Assembly (NCBI GenBank): GCA_905178155.1 | Contig: CAJINV010000005.1 | Coordinates: 2,606,054-2,670,053 of the forward strand | Source of the DNA: Amoebophrya sp. A120 | Taxonomy: Eukaryota; Protista; Dinoflagellata | DNA: 64,000 bases | Direction of reading: 5' to 3' | In this document: one piece after another, positions 39,801 through 52,800 of the stretch | Numbering within the stretch: position 1 is the first letter of the stretch | Layout of the letters: every line of letters begins with the position of its first letter | The notes under the pieces: model-generated | The model's database searches: none | Told to the model about the DNA's origin: nothing | Seen by the model: only the letters and a program-made list of their open reading frames with translations | Program-made: the position numbers and the translations under genes

Positions 39801-42800
39801 TCTCCCAGTCTTCTCATCGAAAACAACGAGATGTTGAACCATGCTGAGGACGACATCAGTAGCCACGGCGAGCATACGAGCCATGCTACGCCTTCTCCTG
39901 CTCTAAAGCTCCACAAAGCCGATCTTCGCCTGTATGTAATCGTCCGTACCGACCCCCTCCGTATCTACATCCACCAGGACGGCTGGCTCTGGGTCGCGCA
40001 AAAACAGTGGCTGCACCCCAAGGAGGAAGTCGGGAAGAAGCCGGACTTCGACGCGTTCCGGCACACAACCAACCGCGGCGGGCTCACCCCACAGCCCGAC
40101 GGGCTTCTCGGAGAAGCCTTTCTCCAGTCCGCGAATTCGACGAAGGCGATGCTGCAGCGCCGGTTGTTCAAGTGGCGCCGCGGGCGAAGGAGCAGCATCA
40201 AGGACTTTGTCGCGAGGCACAATGTGGACGGGAGCTTGATTTTGCGGAAATCATCTGGTGCCGACGAAACGCCGCACCATTCTGATGTTGATGATGCCCC
40301 ACCGCCAGGCGATGGTCGTACTACCGCAGTTCCGCTAGCAGAGAAATGGCCCGAGGTTTGGGCAATGATCAAACAGAACACAGCGCGGTCGATTCTCACT
40401 TACATCCGGAAAGAGGAATGCATCGGAGGGGAACACATCGACCAAAGATTTCTGGTAGAGGACGGGGCTACCGCTATTTCAGCACGACCGCTGGCGACCT
40501 CATTGCCAAGCCCGGCCGGCAGCACCGGGAGCGAAGGCATTGGTAGCGCGACCAAGTCGAAGCCCTCAACAAAAGCGTCTGGTGCCGACGCTTCTCATAT
40601 GAACCTGGACGAGGACGAAGCGGCGTTTCTGGATGAAGAAGGAGAAAACTACGCAAATAAGCACCACGGTGTGTCCTCCTCGGCGCACGAAACCAGCATT
40701 GCTTCCGGGGAACAAATGGAACAAGTACAAGGACGACTAGCACCAGCAGGACACGGTCAACCGCAAATAAAGCAAGAGAAACCCGACCGCCCGAATCCTT
40801 GCGGCCGGTACTTCAGTTTCTACGCCGTGGACGTGTTTCTTTCACAAGACCTGCAGCAAGCGCACGTGATGGAGATCAACAACGACCCGAGTTTGCTGGC
40901 GTACGGAGAACTGAAAGTGCGAGGGAGTCGTGGGGGTAGAAATGCTGCCAATGCCAAAGGCAAAAAGCACACCATAGACCTCGACGACGAGAACACTCGG
41001 CGAGATTTCGCCAAGCACAAAATGTACCACGCGGTGTACCGGGATGCGGTGCAGTTGGTGATGAGCGGCCATAGAAGTAAAAAAGACCGCCAGGTGGAGC
41101 CTCTCATCGTCGCAGAATACAATACCAGAGGCGGCTACGACCTCGCGTTTCCGCCCGAAGACGGAGATTTCCACACCGCCGGGTTTGGCTGGTTTTTCGA
41201 CCGGTACTTGAGTCTGCAGCCAAGATGGAACGTAGACGGGACGGTCAATGTTGGAAGAGATGGGAAGTGTGTGGCGGGTGTGGCAGCTGTTTCCTCTCTG
41301 CAGAAGGAGTCTGAAGCAGCCGGAAATCCTGTCAGCTTCAGTTCCTGTCTACAGTCTGTGTCTGCGAAGCTACGACAGCGGGGTGATAAGTTCGAGAAGA
41401 ATATGAATATTAAGATGCTCCCTGTAGTAGACCAGCTGTACGCGGAGACGACTGTGTGTACCTACGAGCCGTTGTGGGCCCATGTGAGACAGCACAAGAA
41501 AGCTACTGGTTTTGCAAGGATCGCTGCAACTTCAGTCACTAACAGTGAAGTAGACCACCCTGTCGCCACGGCAATGCGAGAGGGAACTGAACAAGAAGAA
41601 CACGACCGCAGCGAGAACACCAGCAAAAACCCAGCCTTCCTCGACTACACGGACCTTCTTTCCCCTCCTGCAGAAGCGAAGACCTTGTTTCAAAACACCC
41701 ACATCCTGATTTTCGGGCAGTCGGGCGAAGTGAAGCAAAATCAGCCGGTCGTCTACAAGCAGAAGACGAAGAGATTTGAGATCAGAACCTTCGCCACCGC
41801 CGCGTCCCGTGCCAACCGGAGAATGGGCAGTTTCGAGAAGGCGGCGCGGGAGAGACTCCCCTACCAAATTTCGCTTCTGCGGCTTTTCCCGCCCGAGAAC
41901 GTCCATATTTTCACAAAACTGCCGAAGAGCATCGAAAACGACGTCCGCTTCGCTTGGCACCGGAACCACACGAGCGAGAGGGGCTTCGGCCACTGGTACT
42001 GGCGCCCGCTGCTGGTAAAACATTGCTTGCACAAGTTTGTGCCGAAGGGCAAGGGCGTTTTGCTCTACATCGACGCGGGGATGGAGGTTCGGGCGTCGAA
42101 AATGGCCCGCCGGAAGTGGGAACTGATGGTGCGCATGATGCATTTCGGGGTGGTGGGGAGCAGCAGCGGGTCGTATCATGCGGAAGGTCAGCTCGGTGAT
42201 TCTCTAGCATCCGGTGCTCTTCTTGACGGCGGCGGAGGCGAGGCTGTACGAGCATTCAGTGCAAACGACCTGGAATTCGACGTCCTGTCGCGCTCGCGCC
42301 ACCTCGAGCATTCACTATCGTTTGGTGCTGGAGATGGTGTTGATCACGGAGCTTTCAATGTGTCTGCCAGCTACGCGGCCTGGTACAGAAGGGTAAATTC
42401 GGCCCAGCTGGAAAGACAACTTCGCGAACATACTACAAGCAGCAGGAGAGAAGTAGACCGAGTCTGGACCACAAAGAAGAAGAAAACCGTTAACAATCAT
42501 TCACTGAAACCTGTCGACGTGACTGTTTTTGGATCCCACTACCGAGAGCGCATGTTCACCCGCGGCCCGGTTTTTCGCGAATTTTTTCCAGAGCCTATTC
42601 CAGTCCTCCACAAGAGCTATCCAACAAAAGCAATAGGTGCGCAAGCGCAACAAGAAAACAACTACACAAAAACCCCCCAGCACTACGTCACCGCTAACCA
42701 CGGTGTGTTTGGCAACTCCGACCACATCGCGGGTACCACTTTCGCGGTTCGACACTCAGAAGCCGGGTTGCTCTGGTTGGACAACCTCGGGAAGTTGCAA

Positions 42801-45047
42801 TCCAAGCCCCACTTGATCGGCTACGACTCCAGTTTTCCGCCACGGACCAGGGACGTGCGGCTGCGCAACGGGCACGACTACCGCGAAACGAAGGTGCAGG
42901 GGGTGATGTCGCTGTTGGTCAAGGTGAACTCGCCCGAGTACCCAACCTGCAAACATCCCGAGACGCAGCTGGGAAATTTGACCCGAGGGGTGCGGTTTTT
43001 CGAAAATCGGGATCCGATCAGATTCGAGGAGGAGCATGCCGATGTTGGTTTTCAAGTAGCCCAAGCCTCATCTATCGGATTACCCGAAGTCGCTTCCGTG
43101 CGCGCGCTTTCCCAAACGTCGCCGTACCGGATGACAAAGGACTACTTCCAGGCGGGGAAAAGTGCAAGCCACCCGCGGATCCAGATCCTCCCTACCGCGA
43201 TTTTTGAGGGCTTCAACGGCGGTCAAATCCTCGCCGCGACTCGGAACCAGGTGCACTTACAGTACGCCTACGCCCCGAGACGACAGGCCGCACTGATGAA
43301 GCAGAAGATGCTGTGGCGCTTGTCGGGGTTCTTACCAAAATTAATCACGCCTTCGCAGGAGATGCAAGAGGCCTGCGCGCAACTGGATCACGAAAGTCTG
43401 CAGGAGCAAAACGCAAGGAAATACAGGGGGGAAGCCGAAGACGAAAAAGCTTCGGTTGGTGGAGATGCAGCTAGTGCCGCTTCCGCTGGGACTTCAACAA
43501 AGTTGGACCATGAAGATCGGTCTCATGACCAGGCCCAGCACGACGAAAATGAAGCTGCAGGAGCGGCGCAGCAGCACATTAATGACCCTACTTCCGGAAC
43601 AAGAAACAATGAGGAGGTCGCGACGACCGGCCCTTTTGTCACTTCCCCTGTTTCCGAGTGGCGCGACCCCGTGCAACTGGAGCGTTACGCGCGCCGCTGC
43701 CACTTCCGTCTGCACGGGTATTTTCTGAACGACGACCCGATCACCACGGGCGAGCGGGAGACCGGGATCCGCACACGCTTCCGCTACAACGTAGATCAGA
43801 CGCTGCGGTTGGAACGAGCGCCGGCGCCGGTCGTGCCTGAAGTCGTGGTAGAAAGCGGTACAACTGGAGGCGATGGAGACGATGTACCGTCTATCGCATA
43901 TCCTGGCGACCAGCAACCGTGCTGCGAATGGTGTCCGTTCCGGGAGTTAAAGCTGTTTCCGGAGCAGGATTACACACCGGTGGAGGAGTTGGACTTTGGT
44001 TGCGGATTTTTCTCGGAAATCCGCTTTCCCTTAAGTCTAAAGTTGGCCGTCACCGAGTTTTTGAAGAGGACGGCGTTTATCTCTAGCTACGGCTCCTCGG
44101 CTCTTGCAGCTACTAGGACAGCAGGAGCCTCCACGCAACAAGGTACAGCAAAAATTCCGCGCGTAGACTTCGCCGCCGAAGATTTTCCAGTGCCCGGTTT
44201 GGTGGTTCGGACGCTTCGCTTCCTCGTGACGCAGTACAAGCAGATCCAGGTGCAGATTATCCCGCTGATGGCGGCGCATATTGCGGTTGGGCGTACGAAA
44301 GCCGGTCGACGTGAGGGGACAAATAATACAAACGCCAAGGGCGACGAAACCTCTTCTGGATCCAGGACAGTGACGGGCAGTAGTAAGGAAAGCTCCCCTA
44401 CAGGAAGGCGAAGACGGCCGTTAAGGGTATCTGACCTGATAGCGCTGCGAACCGGTAAAGGAGACACGGATCACGCGGAGCGAGTTTTGCGGGGACCGTT
44501 CCGGATAATCGACAGCGGTGAGATCGTAGTTTCGAAGTTAGAAAACGCGAAGAGCCCTGGTGACCACGCTCCGTCACCGCTAAATGACGATCGCAAGAAC
44601 CACAACGAAGCCGCTTACCACCTCGCCGATGCACAAGCCGTAGTGCGTGACTGTCTGTGCGTGTCGCTGCATTTGCAGAACCAGGACCTGCATGATGATC
44701 TACAGGACCTCGCTGCCGCTCCAACAAGAGATCTAGAGCGATCTACAGCAGGCACAACAGCGACGCCTTCCTCTTCGTCGTGTGCCAAAACATCAGAACA
44801 AACCACCGCCACCCTCTGCGCCGAGGTACTCGCCTCTGTCTTTCACTGGGCGGACGCGCACGTGTACCTGTGGAAACGGGAGATGGCGACCCGGGCGTAC
44901 CAATACGAGGATCGGTTCCAGAAGTACTGGGACTCGCGCGGCCGGTGGTTGTACCACTCTGAAACGATGCCGGAGGCACTGCGGCTGGATCCGGAAGATT
45001 TGGGCGGTATACCAAACTCGGAACATGTTATGAACGGACAGAGTTAG
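36862..45047 (+). CDS. ~2,681-aa multidomain protein: HAD-like phosphatase + tubulin-tyrosine-ligase-like ATP-grasp + glycosyltransferase-like domain
   Basis: Exons 36862-38431 and 38572-45047 (GT-AG, phase 1). HAD motifs LDVDNVLAD, ILTARG, LLIDD; TTL motifs WFILKEP, VQEYFTDPFLV, KADLRLYVIV, FYAVDVFL, VMEINNDPSL; GT-like RGFGHWYWRPLLV and LLYIDAG. Confidence 0.7.
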
Positions 45048-46857
45048 CTTAATTCCGAATTTGCTAGCGATAAAAATAGCTAGGTTTAACTATATATCTC
45101 CGAATCCCGATTTTTTGCATGGCAGTTCCGTCCCGTCAAATTTTGCTTTTTTCCGCCTTTCTTCCTTCCATCGTCGCCAAGGTTCGGTTAGTTCGGGCCT
45201 CGATAGCAAGAGAAGAAATTGCTCTGTGATCACTGCGTTTTGTGTTTGTTCGTCTTGGAGTACAAATAGAATTCGAAGCGTGTCCGCCTGTCGAAGGGTA
45301 TAGAAACCGTCTGAAGTACAGGCAGACTGAAGGCCAGATGTATTTTGTGGTCCGTGGCTGCTGCGAAGATCTTGACCATTTGGATGGCGATTGCTGCTTG
45401 GTTCGCACAGTGCAACACAGCAAAAATGAGACGCAGGCTGCATAGATCCGCAAGCAGTTCTTCAGTTCGAAGCGCGGGCAGTGGATCAGCTCGATCCCAA
45501 AAAGAAAAATCAAAATTGGCTTTTCCATTTCTCTTGCCCGATCACAAACACCATGGTGCCAGAGTGCTACAGAATCGAATGCAGTCAGAACGTTGAGACT
45601 TTTTGTTTTCCATTTCCTTTGTAGCGCATCGCAAAAAATAAAAACAAAAAAAGAGACAAAGCTGAAGCTGCAGAATATGTTGCTGCTTTGCTCCGTCAGC
45701 CTTTATGGATGTAGTGCTACAGCTACTAGTAGAACTACTATTTTGAGTTCCGCTCTCGCATTCGCTCTTAGGTGTTCGGTATCGTTATCGTTTACAAGAG
45801 TTAAGCTGCAAGTCGAAGTTGATATGAGTGTCCGCGTAGCCGTGTAGCTGTAGGGGTGGGCCGGAGCGTGTGCGTGATGATCTAGAGAAGCAGCAATGCA
45901 GTCGCTCGATGAAGTTGTAGTGGTAGTTCTAGTCGTCGTAGTTGTGTTGCTAGTTGTAGTGCCGGGCTGTCGTATTTATCGTGGGTCGTAGTCGTACACA
46001 CACACACGCATCCTGCGCAGTATTTTTCATCGTTCGGGCCGTTTACGTTTTGCTTTTCCTTTTTCGTTTTGCTTCTGGTAGATCTAGACGTAGATTAAGA
46101 ATCTTCCGTCAAGGTATACGAGAGCAACCTCTTGCTCTTTGATTTTGTCTTTGCGTGTGTGAAGAGAAAAAGAAAAAGGAAAAAGTAAAAGGAGATGATC
46201 GGCGCGCACTTTGAGGCTTCTTGAAATTGGTCGTCGTCGCTGGGTCGTCATCGTTGTTGTGATCGTTCGCTGCTGGTGGGCATGCGGGTAGCCCGGCCTG
46301 GTGTTATTGTAGAAGAAGTATTAGTAAGTATTCAGATTCACGTTCACCCTCCCAACAAATACAAAATCTAAATCGTATTCAAATGATAGATAACAAATGC
46401 AGAAGTCAAAGGCAATGCAAATCGAAATCATAATCAACAACGAATACGCATAAGGTAAAACTAACAGCAGCCTTTAGCTCCTACTTAAACACCGATGAAA
46501 CTGGAAGACAAAAAGCTGTAGCTGTGGTCTACTCCGTTTTGATTTTTTTTCCTCTATGAAAGCAACTACGCGCGCTGCACTTGTTTCACTAGTTTCCATC
46601 AGCCACGAAATCGCAACTACATCATCACCATCAGAGCAAAAGCAAAAAACAGTCTTACCGCTTCACTTTTGTGGCTGGTTGTGTAGTTTTTGTTTCTCGG
46701 ATGGCGGCAGTGTCAGCAAGTCAGTGCGTGGCTACGCCCGCACGTAGTTCGCCTCGTTGAGGCCGTGTTGAGGTTTCTCTTTCTGCCTGGTTCGTCGGGC
46801 CTCATCCGGACGCAGTTTGCTCTCTTCGAAAAGTCCAGACGTGATACTGATTTCGGG

Positions 46858-49800
46858 ATGCCGCCAGCAGCTGACGCTAATTCGCGGACTGGATGGCTTG
46901 GCGAGCAAATCGGCGTGTCGGGCAGACAGTGCAACAAGCTGCAGAAGTTTCTCCAGTTCTACCACGATCCGGAAAAGAGTAAAGATAACGGCGTCGTTTT
47001 GAAACGTAAAACAAGAGTCAAGAACTCCTGCTCTGTGCCATCATCGGACGTTCTCCGGAAGCGGTTCTCCTCGTACAAGGCAGAACATCTTAACCAGGGC
47101 GAAGAAGCTTGGCGGGAGTTTGTCAGGGAGCAGTGCTTGCGGTTTCGTGCGCCGTTCAGCTCGACGGACGCGTCCGCGCGTAACATCGCAGTAAAATCGA
47201 ATCCGGATGAACAGCAAGTGGCTGTCGAAGCTCCAGAGGATGTTGGCGAGGCGGCAGGTAGTAGCAGTGCGGTTGTGCCTCCTAGCTCCGTCGATATGGC
47301 GATGAACCCCTTGAAATACTTCAACAACAGCGCGACTTCAGGTGGCAACTTCCAGCACCTAAAGGAAAACCGGAAGCAGGAGTACAAGTGGTTTGCATTG
47401 GGCAAGAGCTTAGGCGGAACCGCAAAGGCGCGAAACAAGACATACAAAGTCGCCACCAATGCCAGCCTGTATTCCCGGTTCAAAAAGATAACGCAGGGGG
47501 AGCGGGCACTTCGGCTGAATCATCACGCAAATGCGGCTAGTTCGAAGCTCTGTGGTGATCTGCCACGCCGCAAAAAGAAAAAAACCGTCGTCATCCACCG
47601 CACCGTCGAGGTCTCCGAATCTGAAGCAGAGGACGAGGAGGATGATCTACTGGAAGATGAGAACCAGGCAGCTCCGGTTGCCGGAAATAAGAACGTGCGG
47701 CCGAGTGGACGGGTGCTGGTCAGGAGGGAAGTTGCAGAAGAAGTGGAGGTAACGGACGAGGAGCTCTCCGGGGCTGATGACGTAAAAATGCAGCTTCCAG
47801 GCGGCGCTGAATATGATCCGGACTTCGATCTGGAAGCTGACGCCTTGCACCAATCTCGCAGCCGGTTGTTCGGGGATGACGTCAAAGTAGCGGCCGGTGG
47901 CATATCCAAGGAGCAGGCGAAGTCCATCGCAACAAACGACGACAAAAACAAAAACCGCGAAGCTGACCAGGAGAGGAAAGAGGCAGTTCGGGCGGAGCTC
48001 AGGTTCTTCGACGCCGGAAGGATTGGTGCCCGCGCACGGTTGATGGCGTTTCTAGAATCAGCCGGCATCTCTTCCGGCGGTACTGCGAATGGCGCCGACG
48101 CTTCTTCATCGTCGAATGCAACTAACCTGAAAACCAACGGCAGCAGCAAGACGAAAAATGATAACAACCTGATCGGAGTTGGAGCCGCTTCTGCTAGTTC
48201 TAATGGATTACTACGGGCGAGCCATGAGCGCGTTTTTCTTTCCGGAGAGCAACAGCATTCCGTCGGGGCGGGAGCGGAGATCGACAGTCAGCGCCTCACT
48301 TTTTCCGAGTTGTTAAAGTATCAGCAGTCCAAGTCCAACTCCATGGCGGCTGCAGAGCAAAGCACTCGAGCCAACGCTGCGGATTCGTCTGTCCTCAACC
48401 TCGCGGCAGATGGTGACGAGTTTGATTTTCCGGCTGAGTTTCTCCCCGGCCCGTCGACGGGTTCGAGTAGCGGGTCGAGCAGCAGTAGTGGCAGCGCGAG
48501 TAGTTGTGTCGCCCCAGCACCACGCGGCGTGCGCGCATCCAAATCCACGCTGCTCAAACAGGTTCCGAAGAGCAGCTCCGTCCTGAAAAACAAAACCTTC
48601 GAAAAAAAGTTTGGAAATGTGGTAGCGGGGAAGAAGAGCAGCAAGTTGGAAACGAAGCCGGAGACGCTACTGCCATCCTTGAGCGGTGCCTACGATGTTT
48701 TTGTTTTACGTTGAAGTTCGAAATCACATCTCGTTTCCACCTGAAAAAGCAAAACCAAAATCAAAGCCTCTAAGTCTAAAAGAAAAGCATAAGCTAGTAG
48801 TAGTACTAGTAGAACTAGAAGTAGCATTAGAAGTAGAAGATATGACCTTAGACGGGCTGCAGTTTTGTTTTTTGTTTTTCGAGGTCGAGGGCTAGGTCGC
48901 CGTCTGCTTCTCCGCGAAGCTGCGCCTCATCATCAAATCCGAAAACGAAAAACAAACACTCCAGATGAAGAGCAAGATCTTGGCCGAGCGGACACGCAGG
49001 AGCTAGCGGCGTCCGCTTCTGCAGCTGATGGCAATGCACAGCTCGACGCTTTTTCGGACTTCGGCTTCAGCAACTACGTGAAGAAAAACGACTTCCCATC
49101 TACTGCGGGTGAAGGAGATGTTGTTGACGCAAAAACGGGCAATCTGCTGCAGTCCGGGCACCGGTACGGGCCTGGGGTGAAGGAGGATTTGGGGTGGAAG
49201 GAAACAAGGCCGAAGGTGGGGATACGCATATCCCCGGACGCGACCCCATATGATGAAATCAAGGCCTTGAACTGCTGGGCCACGCTCTACAAAAGCGACT
49301 GGGCTGATCCCCTCGTCGTTTACTGCCACGATGCCGTCCTTCCTACCATATCCACCGGCTCCGGCCATGAGACCTTCCTCCAAGATCTCTACGAGTCCGC
49401 GTGGAGTATCGGCTTCCCGCTTCCCGGGATGTGGTCGCGATTGTGTCGCGCCGGCAACAAGATGTTGAAAATGCGGCCGTCGCTCATCGTCACCTCCGAC
49501 TCCGCCTCCGACGTAAAAAAAGCAGTCAGGTGTTGGTCCCAGTATGCGGCCGGTCAGCGGTACTTCGACCCGGCGGAGCGGGACGATGAGCCGTGGCGGA
49601 ATGTCACCTGGTTGCAGTGCCAGCTCCACTTGGCGCACATAGTGGCAGCAACTATGGTGACCTTGATCGGATCACTTCTGCGACTGGATTTCCGCCGAAC
49701 AATAACGGCGGTCTCCAAGACGGTCAATCTCTGGATCGCTCCGCGGCGGGTAGCGAACGACCGGAAGAACTCGGCGCGGGGGCAAAAAACCGATGCGCAG

Positions 49801-52800
49801 TTGTTGCGGGAGCTGTACACTGTCGACGACGCAACGCAGGCCCGCTTGAACGGCATGACGTCGGTGGAGCAGGAGCAATTCCACAATGAACGCATCGCGC
49901 AGAGCGCACTTCTTCTCGCGAAGAAGAAGCTGCTGGAGACCAAGATGCGGGAGTCGCAGTCGGCCGTGAAGCGTGTAACCGGTTTTGTTCGGACGCGCTG
50001 GCTCTCGGTGGGCAAGTGCATCAGGGGGTTGTGGCAGCAGCAGGAGTTGATCACCAAGAAAGTGCTGGACAAAAGTGATGAGAAGCTGCAGAAAAAAAAC
50101 CGCAAATTCTTGTCCCGGGCCCAGGCTGCTCTCCAGAAGCCTTTGTGGTGGGGCGGGCTTCGCGTTCTGAGCCTCGTCTTGACGGAGATAGATCGCGTTG
50201 CCGGTGTGGTGATGCACAGCTGCTCCAAAGAACTGGACGGCGCCAGCATCCCCACATTTGTTGATAGTTTGCCACGGTGCCACCAAGTCGACCTGTTTTC
50301 GCGTGTTACGGATTTCCTCTTCACCATTGGCGGCATGACGATTCGCGGTCTCTCCACCGAGGGCCTGGCTCCGGTTGCCGCGATAATGTTCTGGGCCATG
50401 GTGCAGGAGCTTAACCTCCGACACTCCCCACTACGCGCATGGCCATACAGATTGGCGTTTCTTTTCTCCAGCAACCGGGAGGAGCGGATGAAGACTATTG
50501 CTGATCTGTTGGCGGCGTGCGAAACCGAGAAGCAGCGGGTGCTGATGCCACAGGAGGCACTGGAGTGTTGGAAGTTGTTCCGCCTGGAGTTGCAGATGGT
50601 GTTGGAAAATCTGCGGAAGGGCGTCGACATCGGGTGGAGCAAACCATTCTGCAGGAACTTGTGCCCCGTCATCAGGGGCTTTCTCGCCAGCAGTCAGATC
50701 GCCGAAAGTTTGAACTCCACGACGTCGTGGGTGAAGCGTGAGGCCGGCGGTCTCATCGGCATCTTGTTGGGATCCGCGCGCACGTTCTGCAGACGGGGAG
50801 CTGGTCGAGATCTTATGCAATGAAAAATGAAAACAAAAACATGAGCATCGCACTTGTGCCTCTAGTTGTGTATGTACAACTCGCGGCCGTAGCAATAACA
50901 GAGGCAACTGCAATTCCAACTGCACCCAGCAACAGCATCTTCTTGCGAAAGGTGAGCGCTGGCACGTGCGCGAACGGCGCCCACAAATGCCTATCCCAAT
51001 GAGTATCATTTGTCATGCTGAAAACGCAGCATGAGTATCGTTTGTCATGCTGAAAAAGTTTGTCATTATCATTTGTCATGCTGAAAAAGTTTGTAATGCG
51101 ACCCCTCGACTTAGAGTCTCTACTTGATTTCACTAGTGCGATGCTCATGGTTTTATTTTTTGAAATGTATAGATCTGGACTTCGAGCAATTCCTCTTCAT
51201 CTACGATAACTGCCTGTCACTCAGTGCAACCCTGAAGATCCGGAAGGGGCTGCGGGAGATGGGCATCTACTCTGATCCGCTGGTGTCGGATCGCAGCGAC
51301 TTCTTGCTGCAAAACCGGGTCCGGCCAGATGAGAATCCGCGTCGTGTAGTCGCGGAGCTGTTTGATTTTCTTGCCCGGCCCGACTGTCCGGATCCACCAC
51401 CTCTCGTCGGGGGTGATAAGGCGAGGGGGGGCGGCGGGCGTACAAACTTCGGTGGTCACCCACTCAACATGAAGTGCTTCGACTTTCGGGCTACTGACAT
51501 CATCGGCATTCCCGTGTACAACCGCGATAACTCCGCCGCGAAGCGCATGCAGTACTACTTCATCATGAAGAAAACCAAACAGGACGCCCTTCTGGCCGAG
51601 GTTACAGAAATCGAGGACGGGGAAATGGAGCCTGGTCATCGGGTCCGTATGTCGATCGATTTGGACTGCAATCTATCCGGTGTTGAAAAATGTTTATCTG
51701 GTAGTAGTAGCACCAGTTCCAAGTTCAGTTTGTCATGCGTGTCATCCTAAGTATTTGCATTTGCGTTTGCCGTGCAAAGCGGTCAGGCGGACGGCCCGGG
51801 GCGGGGATGGTGACTAAATTCGCGCTATAATCCGGCTAAATTTTTCCGCAGGCCGCGCAGCTTTTCGGCCCCACATCGATGGGCCGCGCGCCTTTGCTCG
51901 GCCTGCACCCGCCTCGTGCGTGGGGCGGCCGGGCGCCGGGGGCGTTCCGCGGCTTCGCGCGAGGCCCTTTGTGCTCGTTTTTCGGCGGCGCTCCCCGTGG
52001 CGCCGCCCTCGGCCGATTTAAAATTTAAAAATTCGGAGTGGTTTCCATCCGAATTTTTAAATTTTGCAAAGGCCGGGCCGCGCCCCTGCCAGCTTCGCGG
52101 CCCCGCGCCACCGCCCGCCGGGCGAGTTCGCCGCGCTGCCGGACCCGCGGATCCGGAATTCGGGGAAGCTAAATCGGAAGGATAAATCTTCGCGATTTTC
52201 CGCAGAAATTTGGCTAACCGGCCGCCTAAAAGGCGGCTAAAAGTGCGCTAACTTCCCCGCTAAATATGTCGCTAAATATGTCGCTAAATATCGCGCTAAA
52301 TGTGTTGCTAAATCCGACCACAGGGAAATCCCACTGGATTTGGATCTCCGGACCAAATTTAGAAGATTCCCGGTCGGAATTTAGAACAGATTTAAAACGA
52401 TATTTAGAAACATATTTAGACACATATTTAGACACATATTTAGAAGCATTTCAGGCGGATTTCAGCCGCGCCTTCCACCCGCGATCCGATCGTGTGTGGA
52501 AGGTCCAGCTGACTCTCCGGGGGCGAAGGGCAAGGCGTTCTTCCGTCGCGTGTGGGACGTAAGCTCCGCGCGCAAGCTTGGGTAGGTCGGCGGGCGCTGA
52601 CTTGAAGTTGCCCGGCCGCTCCCGGCAAACAAGGTCCGCAGCAAGGTTCCAAGCCCCCCGGGCGCGATGGCCGGGTGGCCGCGCCGCACGGCCCGGGCCG
52701 GGCGAAGGCCCCGGCGCCCGCTCTGCGGCGCTTGGCAGAACGGGGGCGGCGGTTGTTTTCCCGCGGGCTTTTTCTGCTTTGCCTCTTGGGCAGTTTCCTG

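Noticed and set aside
45242-45596. Short ORFs after the TTL-fusion gene, and those at 61300-64000
   Set aside because: Short, stop-interrupted, with no motifs or consistent splice model.
49554-50672. 372-aa minus-strand ORF (and similar ones at 53498-54604 and 58462-59379)
   Set aside because: Antisense shadows of GC-rich + strand exons with no motifs.
52259-52447. Short repeat arrays as CRISPR or iterons
   Set aside because: Tandem 12-mers without unique spacers, inside a eukaryotic MITE.
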